A stretch of DNA of 62,399 nt, counting the filler, from Choristocarpus tenellus KU-1152 (lineage: Eukaryota; Protista; Phaeophyceae): the NCBI GenBank assembly GCA_964200185.2. It is 11 parts of 11 records of this genome, joined end to end, with 100 filler letters (N's around TTAATTAATTAA, not from the genome) between each part and the next. Parts side by side here need not be neighbours in the genome. Positions count along the whole stretch, not along the records: positions 29,192 to 38,776 come from CAXNAD020003556.1; positions 38,877 to 42,155 come from CAXNAD020021077.1; positions 42,256 to 50,219 come from CAXNAD020005330.1; positions 50,320 to 54,401 come from CAXNAD020016315.1; 7 more parts are not named here. One strand, given 5' to 3'. The notes under the pieces were generated by a model. The model searched no databases. It was given only the letters and a program-made list of their open reading frames with translations, and was not told the DNA's origin. Made by a program: the position numbers and the translations under genes. This document shows, in pieces, positions 37,480 to 51,244 of this stretch. Each line of letters opens with the position of its first letter. Position 1 is the stretch's first letter.

Positions 37480-38710
37480 CGCCTAGAAATTTTTTCGCTA
37501 TCCCAAAATATACAAACAAAAAGAGGGGTATATGAATGAAAAGGACTTGTGACTGCCATAAAGGACAAAATCGGCCCATTGGCTCTTCGTGTGCTCTTGA
37601 TTGAACAGAAGAGTGTGAGCCTCGTGGAAGAAATGTTCTGCAAATCATGAAGTGCATGTATGTGTGGAAAACCCCATCAAGTAACAGAAATATTTGTACG
37701 TTTTCTCCAACAAAATTAATGCCGTTGTGGTTCAAAACTCGCAAAAAACCACGACCACTGGAGGGATTGAATTTCAAGCTGTCGAAACTTTAAAAGAGGT
37801 TTGTGTGTAATCTAGCTATTGGGTTTCAAAGTACTTTTTTTTTCACACAAAAAACAGAAGTGTTAGACAAAAAAAAATAAGGGGCGCCAAAAGGACAACT
37901 TGTTTCTGTAAACAAATCGGCAAAAATGCACTCTACAGCTGTGGACTGTGTGCTCCAAAAACATACACCACCAGAAAGCTAGAGAGACCCTCGAAACTCA
38001 GTGGCACACTCTTCTCAGCTGCTTTGACTCAAGGATCAACCCAAATACAGTTACACGAACATCAAGACCTCTTCCCAACAACCATTGAAGAAAGAACGAT
38101 ATTAGTAGTAGCTTCTATGCCATGAGATGTGAAGCAGTGTATACCCGGAACTATGGTCATACCACCTCCCCATCCTTCTGCTCATAATTTTTTTAAATGG
38201 TCCTTCTCTATCAAGAAAAAGGTTTGGCATCAAAGGGGTTTGAAAACTCACAAGATCCACGGTGGGCATTGAATAGTGAAATGGTTCTGTTCTGTTCTGC
38301 TGCTGACTAATAAAAAAAGAGAGGGATCAGAATATTCGAAATTCATACAGGTAACAGCAAAATAGTCCTGTAGTTTCCAGTGCACTCCACATACATCCAA
38401 TAGAGCCAGTTCTGCCTTGACTACCTACCTACCCATAGGGATCTTTTTGTCTGGTTGTAATCAACGGTCACATGTCTAAAAAGACCAACAGAAACTCTCT
38501 GTGTGATTTGCAACCTCTGTTCTGCTCTTCAAAAATAAACATAAGATTGAAAATGGCGTGATATCATACCTCAACAGAGTTGAAAAAAGAGTTTCTCAAT
38601 TGTGTACAGCAAGGCTAGACTTCTCCAGCAACATGGAAAACCTTCAAACAAGCACCACTACATTGTACCACTGTACTGTCTGTAACTCAACATTGCCAAT
38701 TATGTGCACT

Positions 38711-38751
<41 letters not shown>

Positions 38752-38932
38752 GAAAAACCCTCACATTTTTTTTTACNNNNNNNNNNNNNNNNNNNNNNNN
38801 NNNNNNNNNNNNNNNNNNNNTTAATTAATTAANNNNNNNNNNNNNNNNNNNNNNNNNNNNNNNNNNNNNNNNNNNNGGGGGGGGGGCGGCCCGCGCGGCG
38901 GGGGGGGGGGGGGGGGGGGGGGGTCCTTAACG

Positions 38933-39105
38933 GCATTCTACATGCTCCAAAATGTTTCGGAGTAGGTAGAGTGTGTATGTCATGAAAAAGGTTTGTCCGG
39001 AACAAGGGTATTGACACCTCCTAACAAACCTGATGGCCGAAATTATATAAAAATTGCAACACTGGGTTGCTCCCCCCCCAAAAAAATGGACGCAGCTCTA
39101 CCCTC
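38933..39105 (+). mobile_element. MITE family C, partial copy
   Basis: Hairpin CATTCTACATGCTCC-AAAATGTTTC-GGAGTAGGTAGAGTG followed by a right arm ending GGACGCAGCTCTACCCTC, as at 59534-59758. Confidence 0.7.
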
Positions 39106-39318
39106 CTTTGACTTGGTTGCATGTCTTTTTTATTTTTTCCAGTTAGTTCAGAATAGTTTTGGCAGTTTGAAAAAGTATGTGCTACATATATTCTTGGGAA
39201 AGAATGTCATTCAGCACCGGCTCTCTACTTTCTATTTTTTTTGTTTTTTCTTCCCCTTTCTCCTCTTTTTACCCCTTTTCACACCTTGTATCCTTCACAT
39301 TTTTTTAAAAAAATTAGG

Positions 39319-39355
<37 letters not shown>

Positions 39356-40898
39356 AAATAATTAATGCCTTCTTTTTTTTTTGTGGTTCTTTTTCAAAAA
39401 AAACACCCCCAATCCTTTTTATACTTTATNNNNNNNNNNTGTTTTTTTTTTGTTTTTTCTTCCCCTTTCTCCTCTTTTTCCCCCTTTTCCCACTTTTTTT
39501 TTTTTTCTTTTTTTTAAAAAAATTAGGAAAGGTTTTTTTTTTTTTCTGAGAGTCGATGTTGGAACGAATGAACGCCTGCTAGATTTTGTGCGGTTCTTTT
39601 ACAAAACACACACACACACTCCTTATTAGAATATATACTCCCGAGTATTTATGTTTCTTTTTTAAACGTGCTCGGAAGATGCCCTGACTGCGTTCTGAAA
39701 GATGCAGAACCTTTTCTGAGTGGGCCACCGACTGACGCGGAAATTTCCCCCCTTGTGCTACCTAAGAAAATTAGAGCAGGCAACAAAGTGTTACGATGTT
39801 GTGCTCTTACCATGGAAGATACGAGCGGTTCTACTCATATACCTTCAACATTATTGTTTTCTTTGGTTCCTTGGTTGTGTGGTGCCGCCATCTATACTGA
39901 AACCCCATTTAAGGCTTTGACGGGAAGCGTGATCCAGATGGCGATGACAGCAAATTCCTCAACAGCGCTCCATGGCACTACGTAGTACCACGTAGCACTA
40001 CACACTCGACAGGAACAATGTGAGGAACCCAGCACAGATTTTGTATCGGTAGGACCAGGCCTTAGGACCAAAGTTCCCGTCTCCGATGTGGAATTAATAA
40101 CCGTTCACGGACCAGGCGGGTACAAAGGGAAGGACTGGACCAGTTCCGATGTTGTCGGGCAATGTCTGGACCAATACTTTCAGAGATTGTAACCGGACCA
40201 GGCCGTGAGTTGACCCGAAGCCATGTCAAGACATACTGGGTACTGATAGTAGATGGTACGATACCTGGTTGGTCTGATCGTTTTAAGTCTTATCCCACGG
40301 TGACAGGGAAGGGAGTGAGCGAAAGGATATATTAAAACTCGTTTTTTCCCACAGGTATTTGGGAGAATTTGGTGCATATTTTGACCAGGCGGCCCCAAGC
40401 ATCTTCTTTGACTCCAGTTAATACACCAATTTCTCGTGACTGTCAAACTATGTTAACGTGGAAAGGCTGCAGGTAGGTGTGATGCCATATATCCTAACGG
40501 GGACAGCCCGTAGTGGCTAGCTCTTTTGCACATGTCCAAGACACGGACCAGCCTGGTGCCAATACGTTCCAACAGAGTCAGTCCATTATTCTAATTTTGT
40601 GGTACATGATTGGGCCACAGGGCGGTTTTGCAGCCATGACCTGGAACCCCAGCTCCACCTCCTGCCTGAACAGATGAAAGGCAATGGTAGTTCCCTCATC
40701 TCCAAGGCCGAGTTATTTTCTGTGTATGTGTATGTATGACGACAACAAATACCTGAATGTACTCCTTCTTGTCTGTACTCAATGTTGTCTTGTCTTGTCC
40801 CATCTCTGACTCACGCTCCGGAGCACTAATTAAGAGGTATGCTATATCTGTTACGGCTATTTTGCATTCTACGCCTCTCTTATTTGTACCCCTGTGCG

Positions 40899-41080
40899 GT
40901 ACACCCTACTTTGGTCTCTTGAAGGTACACCCTATTTTGGTCTCTTGCAATTACACCCTATTTTGGTCTATTGCAGGTACACTCTATTTTGGTCTCTTGC
41001 AGGTACACTCTATTTTGGTCTCTTGCAGTTACACCCTATTTTGGTCTCTTGCTGGTACACCCTAATTTGGACTCTTGCAT
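40899..41080 (+). repeat. 26-bp minisatellite, 7 copies
   Basis: Unit GTACACCCTATTTTGGTCTCTTGCAG; 7 x 26 = 182 bp. Confidence 0.95.
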
Positions 41081-41454
41081 GTGCAATATTTATCCCCCCC
41101 AAGATGCAGGTCCCACATTAGAGCAGCCACCAGCTAAGAAAAAAAAAAAGATTAACCACTATGCAGAGCAAGAGTATCCTTTGTTGTGTTAAGGGTTAGG
41201 TACAAAAAATACGCTGTCCTCTCTCTGACCGTTTGTTGGGTTCTTGTGAGGTGATCTTTTATGTCTATTATCGGGTAGTTCGACTCTCACACTCATAGGA
41301 TTAACTAATATACATACATATACACACATACATATACACACATACATACACACATACATACATAAATATATAGAGATATATATATTTAAAATCTTGTTGG
41401 TACACGTACAATAATAGGACACACACATAAACACACAAAAAAAACATAAAGTAC

Positions 41455-41652
41455 CTTTTTCTGACGGATCAGCTCCTCCAGATCAGCTGGAACGGGGGGA
41501 TTGGTTGCCGAGTCGCCCTCTCCTCCTCCTGGACCATGGTGCTCCCTGTATCTCCTGGCCTCTCGGTCCTCTATGCTGGCTCTGACAGCCCTTCCGGCTT
41601 CTCTTCTTTTCATCAACCTTGCTCTCTCTGCTGCCCGGTCCGCTTCCTCTTC
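41455..41652 (-). CDS. Internal exon of an unidentified charged/coiled-coil protein
   Basis: AG/GT bounded, 198 nt, phase 0-0: EEEADRAAERARLMKRREAGRAVRASIEDREARRYREHHGPGGGEGDSATNPPVPADLEELIRQKK. Confidence 0.6.
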
Positions 41653-42255
41653 CTTGGGAAAGGCATAGCATAGAATAGAGAAGGGTTGGGGGGGGGGGGG
41701 AACCCAATAAAAGGGATATGCTGAGTAAAAAATACATATTAAATAAAAATGTTTGCAGAGGTACTGAGCGGTAGTGCATTTTTTTCTTTTTCATTTTTTT
41801 TATTCTTTTTTTGTATTTTCTTTGCGAGAGGGGATGTTGAAAGAGAGGGGCGTATGGCCAATGTACATATAGATATAGATAAAGATATGTAGATATATAT
41901 AAAGATATATAGATATAGATAAAGATATAGATATGTGCACAAGTTTATTCGCGCATACAGTTTGGAGTCGAGTGCCGCACAAGAGGACACACGCATACAC
42001 ACACACACATTCACTATTATTGTGAATGAATGACACAAGAAAATTATATGTATATATATATATAGTCGTCACATTGACAACATGACTATCTTACTCTCAC
42101 ACCATCATTATGATGGGCTCAAAGTATATCTGGGGGGGGGGGGGGGGGGGGGGGGNNNNNNNNNNNNNNNNNNNNNNNNNNNNNNNNNNNNNNNNNNNNT
42201 TAATTAATTAANNNNNNNNNNNNNNNNNNNNNNNNNNNNNNNNNNNNNNNNNNNN

Positions 42256-42378
42256 AATCAGGAAAAGTGCATTTACAGTATCCATCCGACATATGCAACC
42301 CAAGTAACCCAAAAATCGCGACATGTAAAAATTGACCCCAAATGGATAGCTGCCACGCCACCCCAGATACTTTGAGAC
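42256..42378 (-). mobile_element. MITE family A, partial copy at contig start
   Basis: Matches the internal and right part of 51067-51244, ending CCCCAGATACTTTGAGAC. Further terminal fragments lie at 42116-42155, 50175-50219, 50320-50374, 57485-57527 and 62356-62399. Confidence 0.8.
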
Positions 42379-44436
42379 CTCATGTCCATGGCACCCACAT
42401 TGGCTGCTTTCTGTGCCATGACTCTTTGAAGAATGCCCTGGATGTACAAGGTATTTGAAGACTCTTATTACATATGAACATGTTGGATGAAAAGAAAAGA
42501 AGTATTGCGATGTGTTCTTGATTTGTACAAGGATCACAGATCTTGTATTTATGTGAAGACATCAGTGCTTCATAGTATGTGGTAAAGGAAGCGATATCAA
42601 CACTGTAGGTTGTAGCAGGCGGTGAGTCGAAGCAGGAAGGGAAGAAAGGAAACAAGTCGTCGTTTTATTTTTCGGATTATAGATAATTGCTTAAAGACAA
42701 GGTCTAAGAAATTACCTAGATTTTTGTAGTAGTGGAGAAATGAAATGTCTGATCTACTTTTCGGACTTGTTTCCATTTAACCCATTTTGTCCATCTTCCA
42801 CGTTTTTATGTAGAAATATACTTTTATTTTTCAGCACTGTTGACCATGATAAAACGAATGAAAAAATGGTGATTCCGGGTCTGAGTCGTATCATTGCGTG
42901 CGAACTAGTCGTGGGGTTCCTACTTAGGGCAATTTCCGGAAAATTCAACAACACAACAATTGCAACGTGAATAATTCCGGGAATGAGGTTAGCAGTTAGC
43001 AGACTTCTGCCTATAGTTTTGTAGTTGCCAATCAAACTGGAACAACAAAGACAATTGAATTATCTGCCCTGGTCCTTATTTACCCATCGGCACTCTTCTA
43101 AAAATTGTTTGCACCAACTATTGTCATATACACATATAGGTGTGCGTGTAGTGTAGTAGAGTACACTACAAATACTCAGTCAGATATGTATAATCAACAA
43201 CCGCCTAGAGCTCTGTACATACACCAGCATGGCCAATTCATAGATCGTTGTTGTAGCAAGATATCAATTCAACCATGCCTGCAGCATAGGATTGCAGTGC
43301 AATTCTAACCTCCGAAAGAGGGAATTTATTCCCATTATATATGCTTTGTTCTTGAAGTCCAGATCACAATGACAAGGCACTATCATAATTCAATAAGATT
43401 ATCATGAGAAACTTTCACGGTGATTTCAGCTCTCCCGCCTTGTATCTCTCCCTTCCGTTCCTCCTGTAGATCTTCCCGCTCCCTGTCAGTCTGAACAACC
43501 TGTCTGTCGACTTTTAAATGTTTCACGATTGTTATCATTATCATCACTACTGTTGTTTATATTATTTGCCCACTTTTTGTCCGGAACATCTCCACTACCT
43601 TCGCCCTACCTACTCCTTTAACCTGTGGCCAGATGGGAGTCCGCACTGCACTATTCCTTCTATACCCTACTACCAGTTGCACTACAACTAATTGCATTGT
43701 GCCTTGCGTGCGTTAATTTTTTTCGCTCTTTGGGTTCGACCAGCTCTCCCGTGGCTCTGTTTCGTTGCTGCCATAATAATTTCCATTACCCTACCCTAAC
43801 CTCTTTAAGTCATATGTTACGCTCCGAATTATAATTGTGTCAGTGATTCCACCAAATATCGAAAAACAGAAAAAGCAATTCAAGGTTTAAGATGAGCATC
43901 ATCAAGAAATTACTTCTTAACCCAATGAACCTGAAGCATTTCACCCTACTGAAGGAATCTGTTGAACACTAGTATTGACGACTTTCATATGCGATGAATT
44001 TACTACGAATTGATTGACATCTCCACTAACATGTGGAAACCTAGCCAGAGTAGATCAAATGTACCGTATAGTATATCAATAATTAGATCAGTCCAAATTC
44101 TATACCTATGTCACCTTGTCACCACATAGCAAAGCAAACAAAAATGAAAACAAGAAGTATGTACCTACAAACCTGAATAATGCAAGATACTTTAGTATCT
44201 TGTAAGAGTACAAGAGTGCATGTCTAGAGATCCAGAGTTCAGAGGACTACTCCTTCAATTGCAATTGCAGATCTGTTTGAAGTATGTATTATAGAGTACA
44301 CAAGTGTACTATATACTGATTCTTGTCAGCTGGCGGTTTCACCTCTTTTTTTGTATGAGGGATCTTATCATCAAATACGATTTTACACTTTTGGGGCTCT
44401 ACCTCAGATTGTTCTGGGACATCGAACTACGAGTAC

Positions 44437-47400
44437 ATGGCTTTCAGTAGAGTCCGCATGACGGCCTTCGTCGCCACCGTCCTTGTTGCTGCCTTCTCTG
44501 TCCCTGCATGTGCTCAAATGAATTTCGATGGGTCAACATATCTTCGCAGTACCACCCTGCATGAGAACATGTCCATCTATTGGACAATCGACATTGATTT
44601 GGGCACCATTCAGCTTGCTGTCCATGCGAAGGGTGTATCCGGCTGGGTGGGCTTCGGTGTTTCTGAATTAGGTGGCATGGAGGGCTCAGACATCGTCTAC
44701 TATGAAAGGGAGTCAGGAATGCTTACGGATTCTTATGCCACTGCCGACACAATCCCAACCACAGATGAATGCCCGGGGGATTGGACGCTGCTGTCGGCGG
44801 AGGAAGGCGCTAACTACCTCGTGTTCGAGGCCGTGCGCCTCTTGAACACCGGTGATGATCATGATTGGGCCTTAATCGATGATAGCGTGGAGGGCGCCCT
44901 GCCAACTAAGGTACTTATGGCGTGGGGGGATACCAGGAGGATTGGATACCACCAAATGAGACGAGCCACAGCCTCCGTGGTGTTTTTCGGCGAGACAACC
45001 CCGGACCCCGATCCACTGGCTACGGTGAAGGCAGATAGCAGCGTGCGCCACTTCGAAGTTGCACCGGTGAGGTCGCTCGATGTGATGATGGGGGAGGGGT
45101 GGAAAATATAGACAGAGGGTAGGGTCTTCATATCCTCAATGTCTCTACAAGCAGTAACTATTTGACCATATTTCAGATAACGGGGTTCACCCAGCGCAAG
45201 AGAGGCAAGACGTGGTGTGACCGTTTGATTAACTAGGTATTCTAAACCGCATTCATGTGGCAGATTACACATCAATATGAGCTGTGTGTATCAAGTTTTG
45301 TTTACTGTTTTCTGTACAACAATAGAAAAAATATGAATGTTGACCCCCTCATCGAACCAAGATTGTGTCGAGTACGTAGCGTTTGAGAGAGATGAGTGTC
45401 CTTCTCATACCTCCCATGGTCTCACTTCTCCTCAGTTAAAAGACTGCTCCACACATTTATTCGTAACACATTGTATCTCCAGGCCCAATACGACCCTACT
45501 ATTACGCATTAAACATGAAGTCTTTGACATGTGCTTCAGAAAGAGCTCATTTTTGCACTTGTCTTCTGTATACACTGAGTACAAAGAAATACTTTTTTTC
45601 GAACTCCGCCGACCTAATTTCAGGATGAAAAATCTGGGGCATTTTCTGAGTCTTACATATAGTGACGTTCCTACTGCACTCAATATCCAAATGTGGAGTT
45701 GGAATTGTTAGATATTTGAAGAGTATGTACAGAACCAATCGAAACATGTGCATCCTGTTCAACACAAGGTGACTGAATCAAATGCTATTCACCTGTTCGC
45801 ACATTGTCGTACCCTGCCTACTGTTGTAGGGAAATTTCACGATTCCAACATACAACACAACATATGAGAAAACATGCTTGACAGCGGAAGGCATGGCAGA
45901 ACTGGGCATACCAAGCACTGCAGTCCATGTGGTTGGTTTTGAGGCAACAATCGACCCTCACAACAGCAAGCATTATGTTCACCATTTGGTGCTGAGGGGA
46001 TTCTTTGATGACAATTGTGGGAGAGATGGTGATGGCTGGGCTGACATTTTCGTGTGGGCATGGGGAATGACATTGGGGCAAGCCCTTCCAGATCCAGCTG
46101 GCTTCCTCTTTGAGAGGAACAGTGTGTCTGGCTTCAAATCGGTCGCGCTTGAGACACACTACGACAATCCATTAGGTATCTCTGATGTTATGGACACTTC
46201 CGGGGTGAAGGTCTACTACACAGAGATGCTCCGGGAACATGATGCAGGCTACCTTGAACTTGGTGATCCTCGTGTCATGTTAAGGGATCAGCCTTTGATC
46301 ACTGGTCACTCAAAATACACCTTCGAATGCCCCTCAAGATGCACAGGTCATTTCATTGTGAGAAAAATCGAGAGCGCACACACATGTGTGCGCGTAGAAC
46401 CTACATTGAAGAACGGTTTTCAAAAAATTGTCTGCACTGGGATCATGATCTAGAGCTACACCAACCACCTGTAAAGATCCTATTGTGGCTGAAACTTGAA
46501 AAAACACTCTACTTTGCAAAAAATTCTTGAATGATTGTTGAAAAGAGAATTGCAACATACAGTCAAATAGCTAAAGAGAGGTGCTCTTCATACATGTTAT
46601 GATTGCAGTTTACGCTTCTTTCATGAGTGTCCTCGGTGCAAAATTCCTCTAGATCGAATGGCGTACATATCCAATCACAGTGAACATCACAGGGTCTTAT
46701 GTTGTCGTTGGAATGGCGATTCTTCCCTTTCCCAAGCTTACCTATTGAGCACCAATCTCTCTGTCCAATGGCCCACAGGATGACGAGGTATTTGTGTTTG
46801 GGCATTATCTACATATGCATGAGGCTGGACAGCGCATGGAGACTCACCAGTACCGGGATGGCCAGCTAGTGCACACATCTGAAGTGGAGTACTACACATT
46901 CAGTCAGGCAGGGGCATTCCCTACAAGAGTAGTGGGTGACACCATAAAAAGGGGAGACAGCTTTGTGACATCCTGCTACTATGACAATGAGGGTGGTACA
47001 AAGAAATTTGGTTCCGGTGCAGATGAGGAAATGTGCATCGACTTCATATTTTACTATCCTGCACAGATTCTTTCTGACTTGGGCTACTGTGGCTACAATG
47101 ACCTTTGTGGAGGGTCCATGATAGGCAGTACCAAATTGACCAGCGACTCGAACTTTGAAAGGACTTTTGGAGTCGAAGGTGGCGGAAAGTGTAACATACT
47201 TGAAACGGAAGCACCAATAATGGGATCAACCATGTCGCCTTCTCCAGGATCCACCTACTCACCTACGACTATGTCTGAGTTGGCAACAACGTTTGCCCCA
47301 ACAGGGCCAGGAAGCGATCCCATTGAGGTTGACTTGGCAGTATCACAAGCGCCAACAAAGGCATCTACCATGTCACCAACTCCTCTCTTCACCTCCTCAC

Positions 47401-47666
47401 CAATGGCTATGTCTGAATTGACAAGCTCATCTGCGCCAACAGCTGGACCAGGAGTAACACAGATGCCTACACAGGGGTTTACCCCCTCACCGACGGCTAC
47501 ATCTGACTCAGCAAACACTCCTGCACCAACAGTAGCAGGAAGCAGTAGCACAGAGATAAAGTCGGCAGCAGCACCCAGATTCAGCAATATGGGACTGTCT
47601 GGGAGTTTGGTGGCCACTGTTGTGCTTGGAGTGATTGGAGTTGCGTATGTCTTGCCTGTAGTGTGA
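44437..47666 (+). CDS. DOMON-domain copper type II ascorbate-dependent monooxygenase (DBH/MOXD1-like), secreted and membrane-anchored, ~681 aa
   Basis: Exons 44437-45066, 45830-46357 and 46779-47666, all phase 0. Features in order: signal peptide; DOMON (GWVGFGVSELGGMEGSDIV...AWGD); CuH ligands YVHH and ETHYDNP; CuM ligands LHMH and DEEMC; S/T/P-rich stalk; C-terminal hydrophobic segment. Confidence 0.93.
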
Positions 47667-49406
47667 TGATGGTGAGACCTTATCCTAACCATGGGCTTTC
47701 CTTCCCCCTTTCATTGCCTATAGGGAGGATAGGTACGATGTGTCAGCAAGTGAAAGCATTTTGATCAACAAGGATGCGTTGTATTATATATAATGGCGTG
47801 ACTCACCAATACCTTTCGTCAGCCTAATTTTGTCATCAAGGATGCGGTAATTCAGTCGAAATGTTTATTACTGTCTTGAGAATAGAAGGCAGATCTTATC
47901 AAGTCAATGGCTAAGTCAGTACTCCAATAATGAATCGGACTATGTGATGTATTCTTGCAAGTATTAATCCACCACTCAATGACCAAAAAATGCAAGCGAT
48001 GTGTGTGTGATATTGACAAAAGATAAGGGGAGAAATTCAAAACATCAAACCTCTCTTCATGTTGCAACTGGGGCAGGCATGTGGTGGTGTAACATTGCTG
48101 GGCTTGATTGACACACATGCAGATGAGAACCGTACAGGCAAAGTTAATACTTGAATATTCAGTGGTATGATTATCAACAGTGTATAAAATAATTTTCAAG
48201 TCACTTTGCAGCATGTTCGTCATGCATGCGTGTGCTATCTGGTGCACATATGCATGCTGTGTTGCAAAACACTTTGCCAGGTCAACACAACATCGTTTTT
48301 CTTTTCTTTACAGATGAAAATAGTGTGCTCCTAGAGAATGCTACTCTCTCTGTCCACTGCTGTACTGGAAGTACTTTGAAGCATTCCTTTGATGTACTGG
48401 GGAAAGGACATAAACAAGGCACTTAATACCAGGACCAATGACTCTCACCCTCAGAACGTTTCAAAGTAGTTATTGTTCATCGAAGTACATTCCTCAATCT
48501 CCTCTACAAGACACAAGATTAACTGTAAGAATGTGACATGGTGCTTTATGAACGGTGAAGCTCACGCGCTCAGTATATGATTTTTGAAAGGACTGCAAGC
48601 CTGCTACTACTGGTCATGAAATGTACACTGAAATGGAATTGGTGGTGAGCGATTCTTTTGCTGCACGTAAATCTCTTGTAGCTTCTGAAATGAACTATTA
48701 TTTCAATGATGCTTTTTCTTGCAATTGGTCATCTTACAGGGAGTCGATCCTCTGTGCAACAGGTGTGCAATAGATGGCGTTCCATCAAGGTGTGTGCTGC
48801 TATGAAATAGCCCTTCAATGTATGATTGCATTTTTCGTTTTCCTGAACATATCATGCCAACTACTTTAAAGTACCAACATCTCTGGGTATACATGACCTC
48901 GTCTGTAATGAGCTCAAGCAAATTTTGTGAAAGTGTAGCACTTCCATACAGCCAACCATGGACTAATGCGTTCAAGCGTTTTGATACAAGCATTACGACA
49001 ATATATTTTTTGAGGAAATAATATGACTGATATTGACCGTTGTTCCTCTCCACTCCTAATGTACCCTCGAAGTCACCTGGAAAAAACCACACAGAAACGT
49101 TACTTCAAGGCACTTCCAATCTTCAAGTAATGTGCGCTTTCCTGAACTACTGTAGAAATAAGGAATAATACCCCCCACGACACGCTATCCCTTTTCTGTT
49201 TCTTGAGTTTGACAACCTGGAGTATATAAGAGTAGATATCGCATCAGGGCCTTCCTAACACCATGCTAATGCATATCTTTACTTCGAAGCAAGATAATGT
49301 GTACAAATTTTGTCTGCTGGATCCATCAAACATGGTAGTCAAAAGCAGTGCTGCGGCCAAAGACGTGAACACCTTAAGGGTATCAACCAATCTCGTTCCA
49401 TTGTCA

Positions 49407-49786
49407 TCAGTATCCACGGAAGAATCGATCGCCCTTGAGCATTCGTCGTGCACGGGCCTCTGCTTGCCTCTTCTCGTCAGCCATTGTAGCATACCTAAGA
49501 AGTGATGTGTAGAACAAAACACACAGGCAACAGTGGATTATGTTCCTACTCCACTCCATGGAAGGGTGGGAAGGTGTGTGCCATTGCAAGTTAGATGTTA
49601 GTTTTGGAGCATATTTGATCATGTCCCCATACCCTATAAGACCCGAGCAGGGTACCAAATAGACTTCTGTAGCGAAAAACTTGTCGGCCCGACGATCTTC
49701 ATGGTAAAGTGGAGATTCTTGCCAATTGAGAATGGAGGTATAATAGTGCCTGCTGTTGCTATATTTCTTTCTTCGCATCAGAAATC
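49407..49786 (-). CDS. Possible 3' exon(s) of an unidentified gene
   Basis: The open frame ends YATMADEKRQAEARARRMLKGDRFFRGY* after a CTTCTTAG acceptor. No family is recognised. Confidence 0.25.
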
Positions 49787-51066
49787 TGTAGCACTGTTGA
49801 GTCTTGGGTAGTGGTTGGAGGTGACGTAGTCAGTGGTTGGCACCGAGCACCTAGGATTCAGGACCCAGCACCCAGCACCCAACCAATATATTTACAATGT
49901 ATTGGGGTAGAAGTGGTGAGTGGTACGACAATAGGCAACGACCAATGAGGCCCTAATGCGTGGTTGGTGGATTCACTATCCACAATTGAAGGGTCGGTCC
50001 CATTTCTATTAGGGATGTGGGAAAATACTATTTATACACAACTTGTGTGAGCTGTGTAAAAACACTATATGTGTAAGGGTTTGAGCTTTTTTCGTAGAGG
50101 GCTCAACCTCTCTCTTAGTATTTTGAAGGGGAACTGTACAGAGGACGGAGACTGGACTCTGGGGTCGAATTCATGGGTTAAAGTATCTGGGGGGGGGGTG
50201 TCGGCGTCCGTTTTTCACCNNNNNNNNNNNNNNNNNNNNNNNNNNNNNNNNNNNNNNNNNNNNTTAATTAATTAANNNNNNNNNNNNNNNNNNNNNNNNN
50301 NNNNNNNNNNNNNNNNNNNGATAATGAAAGTGCACTTTTCCTGGTGTAGACCCCCCCCCCAGATACTTTAGGTCAAGAATATGCCCTATTCTGTGTTCCA
50401 TTATTTCGGCACTATTTCAGAACAGAATTCTTTGGAGAATTCTTTGAAATTTAGTTATTTACGTAAAATATTCCAAGGAATCCAACGCAAAAGTCCATTT
50501 TGTAAATCAGAGGTCATCCCAAAGTGCTACAACTTGACGACCCAGACTTATGGGACAGATGGAGTACAACCATTTTTTTAGCACGAGGGGCTTGCGCACT
50601 GGGGCAGTTTTAACTTTTGGGGGGTGATGCACATGTCTGAGGTTCCAACTCTCAGCTCCAGAAAAAGTCCGATGTCAATGTCTGAGTATTTTTCGCTTGT
50701 TCTTGATGATGGCGGGGTGATGATAGAGCATCCTGTCACAGGGTGTGAAAATCATGTATAGCAATGGCCTCCCAAAAAAGGGAGTTGTCCTTGGGTTGTA
50801 TTTTTTTCCTTTTGCGCCAAGTTTTAAACAGACCTAAAAGGTAGCATCTATGAACATGTCCTATCTTCTCAGGTGATCTTTGACTCAGGGTGTGGCAAAA
50901 CCACCTGTCCATGTACCAATTTTTATTCTAACTTGAGGGAGTACATCATACACAAGCACACAGAAGCGCAGTCCTGACCCGTGGGGGGGAGAGGAAGAGA
51001 GGAAGGTTTGGGTAGTCTAGAATCAATGCCACTATGAGACATGGTGTTCCATAGACCTGGTACACT

Positions 51067-51244
51067 GGTCCAAAGAATCTGAGGGTGGGCGGGTTCTACT
51101 CCAGGGTGTCAATTTGGCTCCTAACCAGGGAAAGTTCACTTACATTATCCATCCGAAGTATGCAACCAAATCACCCAAAAAATGTCATATGAAAAAATTG
51201 GCCTCAAATGGACAGCTGCCAACCCCCCCCAGATACTTCGAGCC
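51067..51244 (-). mobile_element. MITE family A, full copy (178 bp), 3-bp TSD ACT
   Basis: TIRs GGTCCAAAGAATCTG / CAGATACTTCGAGCC with G/C runs on the inner side. Flanked by ACT (51064-66 and 51245-47). Reverse complement of 57075-57253. Confidence 0.88.

Noticed and set aside
39236-39546. ~110-bp duplication either side of a 10-N gap
   Set aside because: Typical unmerged overlap of low-quality, T-rich contig ends; an assembly artefact.
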